The position numbers and the translations under genes were made by a program. Shown one piece after another: positions 29,031 through 46,770 of a stretch of DNA of 64,000 nt (positions within the stretch are counted from its first letter, which is position 1; every line of letters starts with the position of its first letter). The stretch comes from the human T2T-CHM13v2.0 reference genome, Homo sapiens. Location: assembly GCF_009914755.1 (NCBI RefSeq), contig NC_060947.1. One strand, 5' to 3'. Below the pieces are notes generated by a model. It saw nothing but the letters and a program-made list of their open reading frames with translations. It was not told the origin of the DNA and made no database searches.

Positions 29031-31519
29031 GGAGATAACCTCAAACCTTTTTGTTTCCCCATTCTCTACTTTAAGCAATGGCACAAGAAGTCCATGGGAA
29101 AATGAAATTCCCTAAATGGGGAAAAGAGGACCTTGATAGAACGCTCATGAGATCAATAAAGAAATTAAAGGACAGGGTGAAAAAATGTTTAAAAGTATGT
29201 AGGGAGCACATATAGACCAGAAAGAAAATTAAGAAAATCCCAGTGGCAAAAATAAGAGAATTGCAAAGAAAGGGCTGAAATAATTATCCAAAAACAATTC
29301 TTTTTATGGGTAAACAGGCTAAAATGCCATAGGTCTAATTTTATGCATTCAACCTGCTTCAGAATTTTTTTTCAAACTAAATAGTCAGCTATGTTAAGTA
29401 GCCTCACATTAAATGGAAGAACTCTCTATTATTTAGCACATTTGTATAGTTGCAACGTAGTGATGAGTGATGTGTCTAATGATGGCCCCAAGACAGTGTA
29501 ATGCCCCAATGTACCTTTTGAGCTATTGAAAAATATTTCTATTATGTTCAGCCTAGTTTTATTTTTAACTATATTTAATATTCAAAATCTTGGAAATGGG
29601 AGCTATGTTTATAATATCTCTGGCAATTATCTATAAATACATCTAAGTTGATCGCAGCACTTCATATCTTAGATAGGCTGTATAGTAGAGACTTTACTGT
29701 AACGAGAAAGATCCTGAATTGTTACCCTACTTGTCTTCCCAGATGTTTTCTTTGTTAGGCTTTTTGGGATTTCTGATTTTTCTTGCTCTTTTTCTTATAA
29801 AATGTGAAATATATAGCCTGTGATAATGCTTGGCTGCCCTGCCCAATTATTGACCAATGTCGATCCAATTATGCTTTTAAAAGTATATATTATGTAAATA
29901 GATTATTTTACCTTCTGCTGCCTTATAAATCTTTTTTTGCACAGCAGCAAGGGAAGATTATAATGTCATTGGCTGTCAAAATGCCCTTTTCATGTAAGTC
30001 AGCTGCCAGGCAAGGATCCTACATCTGTTTTCTAGCATCCATATAAACGTCTGTGATAAATAAGTCATTGCTCACTGGAGCTGCCTTTGTGAAGCAGATC
30101 CTGTACTTACTGTTTCTTTCACATGCAAAATGACAGCAGTCAACCTAATTGACTATTACTTGGTCAGTTTCTGTGTCAGAAGTGATGCCAGGTAAGTAGG
30201 AGAAATCCAAACTTAATGCATTTCTGTTTAAACCCAGAAAGATTTAGTAATAGAAAAAACAGCACCAATTTCAGGTTTTTCAGAGATGAGTGTGTTCCCA
30301 AAGGATGAACTTGACACTACTGCATTCTTTCTCACAACCTAAACTGGATTCTTCTATGAATCTCTGAGTGAATTCTTAGTAGACACATTGACATGGTATA
30401 AAATACATCACACGGCTGTAATAAACATAGGTTAGAATTGTGGTTCAGTTTTCAGCCAAATGCCAGGATACCATTTTCATATGTAGTCTTTCCTAATTGG
30501 AAATCTAGAGGATGGGGTACAAAATAGTCATCCTAATCTGTTCAAACATCAATGGACAATTATGTCTCTAAAATTCTCAATACTTTGCAATTAAAGAGTT
30601 TTTGATTCCTACATTGCAGAGCAGGCCTCTTCTTCTGTGACTGATGCTGCCCTCTCTTTTCTATGTCATCTCTGCTTTGGAATCATCATCATTACGGGGC
30701 ATGATACCAGTCATGTTAGGCCATGCTGCTGACAATGGTTACTTTCAACAAGGGGGAGTAACCAGGGAAAGGACATCCATCATTATGTAATGTAGGGGAA
30801 AAAACCCAAAGACTCAGAAGCCATGTTAACAAACACAGCTGGAAGCAAGGAGGCATTTGAGTAGGATTACAAACATCTTAGATTGTGCAGATTAGTACTA
30901 GATTTAGGGAAAACATGAATTGAACAACCTCTTTTGCACAAATGAGCAACCTGGAGTTTGCAGTAATGGAGCCAATAGCCTCATCACATTTTGAATCCAT
31001 TTGGATGTCATGTAAAGAATGAACATATGCAGTACTTAATAAAGAAAGGTCAATTCTGCCATGGTGATCACTGAAGCATAATGCAGCAAATGAGGTAGGG
31101 CTTTTTTTTTTTTTTAACTCATCAATCCTAGAACATTTAAATTTATCTTTTCAGTAAGTTGAGGGATTTTTTTAAATCTCCTGCATCTGTTATAACCTAA
31201 ATGAACAGCAGTTCAAAGCCAACTCCACACCTGTACTGACATACTAAAAATGTCAAATAATTTGTATAAAAATGCTGAGATGCAGTTTCACTAACAGTCT
31301 GTTTTGTCAGTGTCCTCCCTATTTATCAGATTCTAAGAGGATTGTTGGGTTGATGTGGCTCTGTATATTTCCAATTCCCTCCTATTTTTGGATTGTACTG
31401 CTTTGATTATAGTTAACAACCAACCTTGCAAGAATTCAAGATTTGTCATAGCTACAATACTTTTTCCACCTCATAGCTTTAACAGTGGCATTTGTATGTT
31501 ACCCAAACCAAACCACTGA

Positions 31520-32006
<487 letters not shown>

Positions 32007-32372
32007 TGAAACGATTACATATTTATCCATGAGTTCCAAAATTGCCCCTCTAATTCAAGTCATTAGAACCTTCTTCCACCTACAACTCATTTGAACTGTT
32101 TTTCATTAAAAGTCATGTCCAAGAGTCAGTTCGAGTGTCACGTTATTTGGTCATTCCAGCTTTCCTCCTGAGTCTTGTAACCCTGACTATCATTAGTGCT
32201 GTATATAGTTCTGTCCACTTGTCTCCTTTTCTTATCCAGTAGTTCTTGGAGGGCATCAACTATGCTATCTTTGTTGTTTTCACATTGCTTATACATTGTG
32301 GAGATTGAATACATTTTTGATTTTTAACAAACGTTCAATGTGCTCTTACTAAAGCTTGGCAATGACCTAGAT

Positions 32373-32554
32373 CAGGGGTTTGCCAACTATGGTCAGTGGG
32401 CCAAATCCAGCCCATGGACTAGAGCTAAAATGTTGTTTATATCTTTAAAGAGTTGTAAAAACAAAGAAGAATATACAGCAGACACCATATGTGGCCCACA
32501 AAGGCTAAAATATTTGCCATCTGGCCCTTCACAAGGAAAATGTTGCTGGCCTTT
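32373..32554. mobile_element. MER58A-like hAT-Charlie element
   Basis: CAGGGGTTTGCCAACTATGG...GGGCCAAATCCAGCCC...AAATATTTGCCATCTGGCCCTTCACA. Confidence 0.8.
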
Positions 32555-33388
32555 CTTCCAGATGCTGAGGATACACCAGTGAACAAAACCGACAAAAAAA
32601 AAAAAAAAAAAAAAAAAATCCCTACCTTCAGAGAGCATAAATTCTATTTTTTTACAACAATTTTATGCAGAATACGCATCTTATTTTTGTAAATATGCAC
32701 AATATTTACATATAGTACATACTCAATATTTGTGAAATGAATGAATAAGTCATAGAGTCCATCATCCAATATTATATAATATTGGCAAATATTTCCATAT
32801 GATGTAATAAAATGTTGCATTTTTTAAATCTTTATATGAAGAATTTTTCCCTAGATAATTTTTAGACCAAAAACTCAAACACTACTTACTTGTCAAGACA
32901 TTTTATTCTGGTACTTAGTAATGATTTCCCATCTTAATGTAACTTTTATTCATGATGAGGTCCTGATTATCTAGCCTCCTTATGAGAGGTAATCATAATT
33001 ATATTTGATTCTGAAAGCTTTCTGAAATGGTGATTCTTTCATAAGAGATCATTTTGTATACGTGACAGTTAAAACAATGAGTTAGTTTTTCAGAGTTTCT
33101 ATCCTTGAATTCTACAAGTTTGTGATGTTTATAGCTTGAATTCAGATAAAACCATTTTGCTCCACATTTGAAACGACAAATCTTTTGCATTAGACTCAGA
33201 GTTGACTAAAACTATGGCAGCTTTTCATAAAGTCAGGCTATAGATGTCCCTAATTCCCCCACAGAGCCCACAGCCCTTTGAAAGTGATGATAGAATACTG
33301 GGGATGGATCAGAGAGTGCTGAGAGGAGAGTGGAAGGGAAGAAGGGACAAAGGGAAAGGAATCCAGAGTGGGAAGAGTTGGATTCGTA

Positions 33389-33407
33389 GAGCCAGCAGAT
33401 GGTGTTG
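33389..33407 (+). promoter_or_regulatory. Candidate CTCF motif
   Basis: GCCAGCAGATGGTGTT resembles core CCASYAGRKGGCR; motif match only. Confidence 0.4.
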
Positions 33408-34386
33408 GTGATAAAGAAGATTACGTGACTCATTTCTGTAACCCATGAGTGTCAAAGTTCTCCACTCAGTGCCATGTCTCCATCCCATTACCCCCACCTA
33501 AATAAGTTATCTGTTCTAACACCCATCTGTCCCCACACCAAACCATCATTACCAGCAAGCAATTTCTTGTACTGTCCTTTATCTTTTAAATATTAAAAAT
33601 TAGAAGTAAATGAGATGTGAGATCTAAAAAAAAAATGACATGACCTTTTATTTATTTCCACTGGTCTTTTAATCTAGGCTGCCCTTACTCCTCATAGACT
33701 ATACACTGCCTCTTAGATACTACACTGCTATTAGTCTAAATACTTTGCTTTATTATGGAACTGCTCATTTCTTATTCCTTGCATAGATTTAGGGTTGATA
33801 AACTGAGAGTTTAAAATGCAGTAATGGAGAATCTTAATTATAAATGAAGGAAATTGAAACATACTACTGTATGTGCTGATTTACTTTCAGATTCTTGACC
33901 TTTGTCAAGACTAATGAGATTACACATCTAGTATAGAGAATGGATAGAAATTTTAATAGACCTGCCTAATTTACATTGTTAGGAATTCTGTAAAACTGAG
34001 AGTTATGCCAGCAAACCTACATGTGCTGTCTTTTTAATTGCATTTCTCCCCACCACCAGCCCACCCTCATTCCCTAATATCTGTGGTTAGTACCTATGGA
34101 GTCATTACTTACATTATGAAGTGACAAACATAGGAAAGCATGGCTTTGTTCTCTGAATGCAGATAACTCATATCCATCAAAGTTTCTAATTTACAGAGCT
34201 TTCCTTTGAAGGAGGCTAGAATGCTGAGTAATGATGAAAAAGCAACATTTGTTAAATCTGATTTGGCGCAGGACTTCTTTTTCTACAAAGCAGTCTTTCG
34301 TAATACCAGCTTGAATCTAACTATTTCTCTTACGTAGTATAGGGGGAAAGAAATATCTTTTCTTCCCATCTTAGGTTCATAGCTAG

Positions 34387-34816
<430 letters not shown>

Positions 34817-35181
34817 TAATATACGTAAATTTTATGTGACACAGGAAATTTAATTAGGAAATAAAGACCCAAAGAAACAGGAAAACCTGTGTGTTCTTTT
34901 TTTTTTTTTTTTAAATTGGCATTCATGTTGCTTTTTTTTTTTTTTTTTTTTTTTACTATTAGGAACTTTTATTATTATTATACTTTAAGTTTTAGGGTAC
35001 ATGTGCACATTGTGCAGGTTAGTTACATATGTATACATGTGCCATGCTGGTGTGCTGCACCCATTAACTCGTCATTTAGCATTAGGTGTATCTCCTAATG
35101 CTATCCCTCCCCACTCCCCCCACCCCACAACAGTCCCCAGAGTGTGATGTTCCCCTTCCTGTGTCCATGTGTTCTCGTTGT

Positions 35182-39008
<3,827 letters not shown>

Positions 39009-39071
39009 TATGATGTTAGCTGGTTATTTTGCTCGTTAGTTGATGCAGTTTCTTCCTAGTCTCGATGGTCT

Positions 39072-40088
39072 TTACATTTTAGCATGATTTTGCAGCGGCT
39101 GGTACCGGTTGTTCCTTTCCATGTTTAGCGCTTCCTTCAGGAGCTCTTTTAGGGCAGGCCTGGTGGTGACAAAATCTCTCAGCATTTGCTTGTCTGTAAA
39201 GTATTTTATTTCTCCTTCACTTATGAAGCTTAGTTTGGCTGGATATGAAATTCTGGGTTGAAAATTCTTTTCTTTAAGAATGTTGAATATTGGCCCCCAC
39301 TCTCTTCTGGCTTGTATGGTTTCTGCCGAGAGATCCGCTGTTAGTCTGATGGGCTTCCCTTTGAGGGTAACCCGACCTTTCTCTCTGGCTGCCCTTAACA
39401 TTTTTTCCTTCATTTCAGCTTTGGTGAATCTGACAATTATGTGTCTTGGAGTTGCTCTTCTCTAGGAGAATCTTTGTGGCGTTCTCTGTATTTCCTGAAT
39501 CTGAACGTTGGCCTGCCTTGCTAGATTGGGGAAATTCTCCTGGATAATATCCTGCAGAGTGTTTTCCAACTTGGTTCCATTCTCCCCATCACTTTCAGGT
39601 ACACCAATCAGACGTAGATTTGGTCTTTTCACATAGTCCCATATTTCTTGGAGGCTTTGCTCGTTTCTTTTTATTCTTTTTTCTCTAAACTTTCCTTCTC
39701 GCTTCATTTCATTCATTTCATCTTCCATTGCTGATACCCTTTCTTCCAGTTGATCGCATCGGCTCCTGAGGCTTCTGCATTCTTCACGTAGTTCTCGAGC
39801 CTTGGTTTTCAGCTCCATCAGCTCCTTTAAGCACTTCTCTGTATTGGTTTTTCTAGTTATACATTCTTCTAAATTTTTTTCAAAGTTTTCAACTTCTTTG
39901 CCTTTGGTTTGAATATCCTCCCGTAGCTCAGAGTAATTTGATCGTCTGAAGCCTTCTTCTCTCAGCTTGTCAAAGTCATTCTCCGTCCAGCTTTGTTCCG
40001 TTGCTGGTGAGGAGCTGAGTTCCTTTGGAGGAGGAGAGGCGCTCTGATTTTTAGAGTTTCCAGTTTTTCTGCTCTGTTTTTTCCCCAT
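39072..40088 (-). pseudogene. L1 ORF1, frame intact (1017 nt) with one premature stop
   Basis: MGKKQSRKTG... to ...QNHAKM; TAG at 39462-39464 splits it into the two track ORFs. Confidence 0.95.
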
Positions 40089-40996
40089 CTTTGTGGTTTT
40101 ATCTACTTTTGGTCTTTGATGATGGTGATGTACAGATGGGTTTTTGGTGTGGATGTCCTTTCTGTTTGTTAGTTTTCCTTCTAACAGACAGGACCCTCAG
40201 CTGCAGGTCTGTTGGAGTACCCTGCAGTGTGTGGTGTCAGTGTGCCCCTGCTGGAGGGTGCCTCCCAGTTAGGCTGCTCGGGGGTCAGAGGTCAGGGACC
40301 CACTTGAGGAGGCAGCCTGCCCGTTCTCAGATCTCCAGCTGCATGTTGGGAGAACCACTGCTCTCTTCAAAGCTGTCAGACAGGGACATTTAAGTCTGCA
40401 GAGGTTACTGCTGTCTTTTTGTTTGTCTGTGCCCTGCCCCCAGAGGTGGAGCCTACAGAGGCAGGCAGGCCTCCTTGAGCTGTGGTGGGCTCCACCCAGT
40501 TCGAGCTTCCTGGCTGCTTTGTTTACCTAAGCAAGCCTGGGCAATGGTGGGCGCCCCTCCCCCAGCCTCGCTGCTGCCTTGCAGTTTGATCTCAGACTGC
40601 TGTGCTAGCAATCAGCGAGATTCCGTGGGCGTAGGACCCTCCGAGCCAGGTGCGGGATATAATCTCGTGGTGCACCGTTTTTTAAGCCCGTCGGAAAAGC
40701 GCAGTATTCGGGTGGGAGTGATCCGATTTTCCAGGTGCCGTCCGTCACCCCTTTCTTTGACCAGGAAAGGGAACTCCCTGACCCCTTGCGCTTCCTGAGT
40801 GAGGCAATGCCTCGCCCTGCTTCGGCTTGCGCACGGTGCGCGCACCCACTGTCCTGCGCCCACTGTCTGGCACTCCCTAGTGAGATGAACCCGGTACCTC
40901 AGATGGAAATGCAGAAATCACCTGTCTTCTGCGTCGCTCACGCTGGGAGCTGTAGACCAGAGCTGTTCCTATTCAGCCGTCTTGGCTCAGGAACCC
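40089..40996. promoter_or_regulatory. L1 5'UTR with sense and antisense promoters, CpG-rich
   Basis: Canonical L1PA 5'UTR; the YY1-site region reads CAAGACGGC instead of CAAGATGGC. Confidence 0.8.
40544..40798 (+). CDS. L1 ORF0 (antisense-promoter ORF), intact, 84 aa
   Basis: GCAATGG Kozak; MVGAPPPASLLPCSLISDCCASNQRDSVGVGPSEPG matches known ORF0; donors CAG|GT after 40649 and 40734; expression unknown. Confidence 0.6.
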   Translation: MVGAPPPASLLPCSLISDCCASNQRDSVGVGPSEPGAGYNLVVHRFLSPSEKRSIRVGVIRFSRCRPSPLSLTRKGNSLTPCAS

Positions 40997-41429
40997 AAAC
41001 CTGTGTATTCTTATGCTTAGGTTTGATGAAGAAGTGGAGGGTAGTGGAGAAATATGACTGGACAAAGGGGATATGATCTAATAATAATAAAGTGTGGGGG
41101 ACTTAACAAGGCCTGTGTTTTCTGATTCTTTTCTGTGTCCTTGTATCTTCAGAGATAAGGATGTTCCTTTCCTCTGAATGTGGGGTTTGGGGGTACCTCT
41201 GGAATGAAGGTTTTATGGCCTGCTTCAAGAGAGAAGGGCAAGGGGAAGGTGAGAGTGACCTTGCTTCTGCTATTTTATCAAATGCCAAGGTGACATACTG
41301 TTGGTAGCGGGTCTTGAACCCCATCAGTAGCAAAACAAGGGACTTCTCACTCTGAAAAGCTGGTAGATTAGTGAATTCTACATCTGAAGGATTATACTCA
41401 TAATAATAAACATATAAAATAAGCCATAA

Positions 41430-41787
<358 letters not shown>

Positions 41788-42169
41788 CTATGTGCTTAGT
41801 ACTGTGGGAAATATAAATGTAGAAAGCTTGCTCTGTTTACTTGGGTAATCAAGACTTATAAAAAATAAAAGAATTATATGCAAAAACAAATATGTACCAA
41901 AATGATGTTCTATAGGTTTCATATATCCTAGAATTTTCAAAATAATCAAAATTCATTATCACATCACATGTTTACATTTTTAGTGCAAAAAATAGGCTCT
42001 GTGGCAATAGGACCTCAGAGAAGGACAAGATCACTATAGTTTGTGATACTCCAAAAAGTCTTCACAGAGGAGGCAACGCAGCTTGTTTATCCTACAGATA
42101 TTGTGTCATCTCTTTTCAGATAATTGTCTGATTATACCTGTGGCTATTTCCCCCTGAATTTCTTACTAG

Positions 42170-42335
42170 TTGGTTTTTGGTTTTGTTTCTGTTTTTCAGG
42201 ATAAGGTCTTGCTCTGTTGTCCAGGCTGGAGGGCAGTGGTGCAGTCATGGTTCACTGCAACCTTGGCTCAAGTGATCCTCCTGCCTCAGCCTCCTGAGTA
42301 GCTGGGACTACAGGCATGCGCCACTGTATCTGGCC
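42170..42335 (-). mobile_element. AluJ/FRAM-like fragment
   Basis: GGTCTTGCTCTGTTGTCCAGGCTGGAG...GCTCAAGTGATCCTCCTGCCTCAGCC. Confidence 0.8.
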
Positions 42336-42404
42336 TGTTTTTTTCTTTTATCTTCTTTTTTACTCATTCATAATAATGCAGAATTAGAAGCAATCCCATG
42401 TCTT

Positions 42405-42535
42405 TGTTTTATCTTTATCGAGGTATAATTGGCAAATTATGTATATTCAAGGTGTACAGCATGATATTTTTATATGCATATACATTGTGGAATGATTTCT
42501 ACAATCAAGCTAATTAACCTGTCACCTCACATAGT
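42405..42535 (-). mobile_element. L1MA 3'-end fragment
   Basis: GAGGTATAATTGGCAAA...TATATTCAAGGTGTACAGCATGAT...ATCAAGCTAATTAAC. Confidence 0.75.
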
Positions 42536-43940
42536 GATGGAGTCCATAGTGATGGACCTCACAGGTTTTTTTCGAGTTAATTTTTGCATTGCTTCAACAC
42601 TGCTTCTACCAGAGTCCCCATTCAAACACATATCACTATGGTAGTTCACAGTAACATGGAAGAAATCATTACAGAGCATTTGAACTGGATAATTTTATTT
42701 ATTCATTGTGGTCAGACAGCAAGTCTAATTCTGTTGTCATTTTTATACAGGTGATGGTTTAAGAAAAAAAATTATTTACAGACCTCAACAGCCTATCTCG
42801 ATTTCTGTATTTTTCTTATCAATGAAATAATAAAGATGAGCGCTTCAAACTATGCCTCTCACAACTTTCACAAAGCATGGCAATAATCTATAATTTATGT
42901 CACTCTCACCTGTAAGGCTGAGAATCATTGACAGAACCTAAAGGGAGGGAAAAAAGTCATCTTTCTAGATAAAGTGATGATAGTTTTTCCCAGCTTTTAA
43001 AAAAATATATGCAAGGAATTTGTGGTGAAATACAATAGCATTTTAATAAATTGTTATTAACTTGTATTACTAATAAAAATTTAAGCCTATTGATCTCACC
43101 TGAGAAGCTTAAAACATTGACCAGCTAAGGCTTTAGTCACACATATTCTTAGAGTTTCTGAGAAACCAATAGCTTTTATGATTTTAAAAAATCTATTTAC
43201 AAACATCATCTTCACATTCCTCTAGCCCTGCTTTTTTTAAAGGAAACCCTACAGGCAAAAATGCAATTTTTCCAAAGTTGGACATATGGCTGATGTCAGA
43301 ACCAGCAAAATCATGTTATACAAAGCCAAACGCTGAGTTAAACCTCCCAATGCTGATGTTCATCAGACCCCAGAATAGGTGTCTGTTACAGGATGAGCAA
43401 GATGTTAGTCATAGAAGTAGAACTCTGTGGAGATATAACTACTCACCTGCAAAATCAGGTGGCTCTGAAAATGAATAGCACTGTAGCGTTGGGCCAATTC
43501 CTGCTGCCCTTGGCACTGGGAATGCAATCTTGTATGGCAAATCAAATGAGCAGAAGGCTTGGGGCCAGAATACTATCAAGCTCTTCTCAAACTTTAAATG
43601 GATGAGAAGTCCTGCTCACTGCCATGGAACATGGCATGGATTTTAAGTGCCTAGTAGGCCATTTTATTTTGTTCTGTTCTTTCTTATTTTTGGTAAGCAG
43701 AGCTGGCAGTATGAGATAAACTTACATAAACAGTGAGTTCTTGATTTTTATATTTCTCATATAGATCCAAAATCAGCAGCTTCATTTACACGTAGCTGTA
43801 AAACTAGAGGAGATAAAGTAATAGCGTAGGATTATGTTGAAAAATCAGGATGGGGAAGAATCCCCAGAAGAGCTTGACATTTTATTAATCCCTACTGAAA
43901 AACATGTTCCAAAATTTTTAAAAATGTCCTTCTAATAGCA

Positions 43941-44042
43941 TATATATATGTATGTATGTGTGTGTATGTGTGTATATATATATATGTGTGTGTATATATA
44001 TGTTTGTGTGTGTATATATATATGTGTGTATATATATATATA
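43941..44042. repeat. Compound (TA)n/(TG)n microsatellite
   Basis: Read directly. Confidence 0.95.
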
Positions 44043-45154
44043 GTTTTTTCCATCTAGTTTTCTCTCAGTAGTGTCTATTTAATCTAGAAAGCTTCTCAAG
44101 CCATGAACTTCTCTATGGATTAGATTCTGTGTATTAGAGCGCAAGTGAGTATAGCTTTAGTCCTTGAATGAGCAGGGAAACTCCTCAATGAGAAAATATG
44201 GGATTTTCCAAGAAATTCCTCCAGGGCCCTTCCTATTCTTAATCTTTTCTCTGTAGCTGAGGATAATAGCTGCATACCTTCTAGCTCCCCCAATTCTAGA
44301 AACAAGAATAATAAAGCCTTGACAATCCATGAGAAGACTTTAATCTGCCCTCAGGATTCCCGATTCCAGCTCAGTTTCTAATGTTCCTGGATGGTGACTC
44401 ATATCTCAAAGGCAATTTTGGATTTAAAATGGTTTTCCAAATCTACATAAAGAATTTCTGGATTGTTTGCTGTTTTAAATTAGCCAAACCACCCTTTCTC
44501 TCTAACAGCCTGTATAATTGAGAGTTGGCTATACATTGTTTGATACCTGTAAAAAGTAATTGAACATTCTGAATAGTGTATTTTGATGACTGCAATTTCA
44601 GGTGCCCAAGCTTGACCAGGTTGCTTCGTTTTTGCTCACAGTGGTATTCAGATATGCCCCTATTTAAACAACCCAATAAATGAAAATAATATTTTACAAG
44701 ATTGATAAATGAAGGTGATTTTTTTCCCCTCAGAGATCTCTTACTTTTAAAAGAGATTCATTGTATTGTTAGTCATGTCCTCCGTTGCATTGAAAACATC
44801 TGTTTCAAAAAAAAATCACATTTATGGGTTATTTTCCTCAAATTATTATTTTCCTCATATTGTAAGTCACCTGGATCTACAAAAATAGGCTAAAAGACAG
44901 TTATTACCACGTGTCATATTCACCAGTTCTCTCTTTTCTTTAAAAATGCTTAGATGTCTTTAAAATGGTTTTTAAGTGTTTAAAGGAATAGTAGTCCATG
45001 CATAGCCCTCAGTATACCTAAGAAGATGAAGTATACTTGTGACTCTGATTGATAAGAATGCCTGTAATTTTCAACAGAGGTTACTGTTTCAGTGGTGGCC
45101 CAGATATCCATCTGTCAGTCTTTGTCAAATAGCTTATTTGTTATTTTTCTGTAG

Positions 45155-45468
<314 letters not shown>

Positions 45469-46414
45469 CCTTAAACTGTTTTTGTTCTTTCCATACATTC
45501 ATTCCCTACCCCCCTGCTTTTTCCCAATGTTCCATTCTAAAAGTGAATAAAAAAATTCACCTACCAAATCTGGATAACAAGAATGTTATTTCATTTTACT
45601 TTAATCTTTGCTATTCTTAGACCTTCTTTTCTTCTTCATCTTTTCCAATTGAAATAAAAAAGATTTTTGATGTATGTACAGGCTATGTTTTTTTAAAAGA
45701 ACTGTTAAAATTGTGCAACTTCAAAGCGTTTCCAAATGTTGCATTTTCAAAAATGTTTTATCATATTTTTCTTTAAATTTCCTGTTGCTGTGTAGTCTCA
45801 ATGATGGCTGAAGGCACTGAATTTTACATTCTATATTGCTTTTTGTGTTCCACATCTAGTTAGTAGTTATAACTTCTCCCACACAATAACAGTGCTTTTG
45901 TGGAAATAATTACTCAAAGATGATTTATTTCTAATGATTTTTTCATATCATGATTTTAAAATATCTTCTAATTTCCACTTACATAAATGTTTTCCTTCTC
46001 TATTTAGATAGAACACAGATACATGTTGATTACATCCTAATCTATCCTTCATCTACTTCCCAGAAAGATTTCAGGTGGTTTTTGCAACAAAGGCCCATTA
46101 AAGTTAAATTAAAAGTTAGAGGGAAACTTTTACACAATTATTCCAAATATGTAAATTAAGGCTAGTTACTATTATTGAGCATTAAATTTAGCTCTGAGCT
46201 TACTGGAAGCCAATACAGAAAAGAAAACATGTTATGTTTTATAATTCTTATTATCTGACGAAACACAGACAGTTTAAAATGGAAGACGAAGTACAACATT
46301 GTCTTTGGTAATAGTTTTAGAGATGATCCAAGAACGTTCTTCATGATCACTTGTTTCATCAACGAACCACTTTCATACTGCCTTTGTGTTCATTTATGAA
46401 ACACAATTAAATAT

Positions 46415-46770
46415 TGCTGTTTTGGTCTAAATGTGTCTCCCCAGAATTTGTATGTTGAAGTCTACCCTCCATTGTGATTGTATTAGAAGGTGGGGCCTTT
46501 GGGAGTTGATTAGGTCATGAAGGCTCTGCCCTCATGAATGGAATTAGTGCCCTTACAGAAGAGGCCTGAGGGAGCTTGTTTGCCCCTTCCACCATGTGAG
46601 GGCACAGTGAGAAGGTGCAGTCTATGAGGAAGCAGTCCCTCACCAGACACTGCTGGCACCATGATATTATTAGACGTCCCAGCTGCCAGAACTGTGAGAA
46701 ATAAATTTCCGTTGTTTACAAGTTACCCAGTCTATGGTATTTTGTTATAGCATTCCAAATGAACTAGACA
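46415..46770 (+). mobile_element. MaLR solo LTR (MLT1A/MLT1A0-like)
   Basis: GGTGGGGCCTTTGGGAG...CCCTCATGAATGGAATTAGTGCCC...CAGAACTGTGAGAAATAAATTTC...AACTAGACA. Confidence 0.88.

Noticed and set aside
46162-46380. CpG-containing unique stretch with short ORFs
   Set aside because: No recognisable protein and no convincing splice sites.
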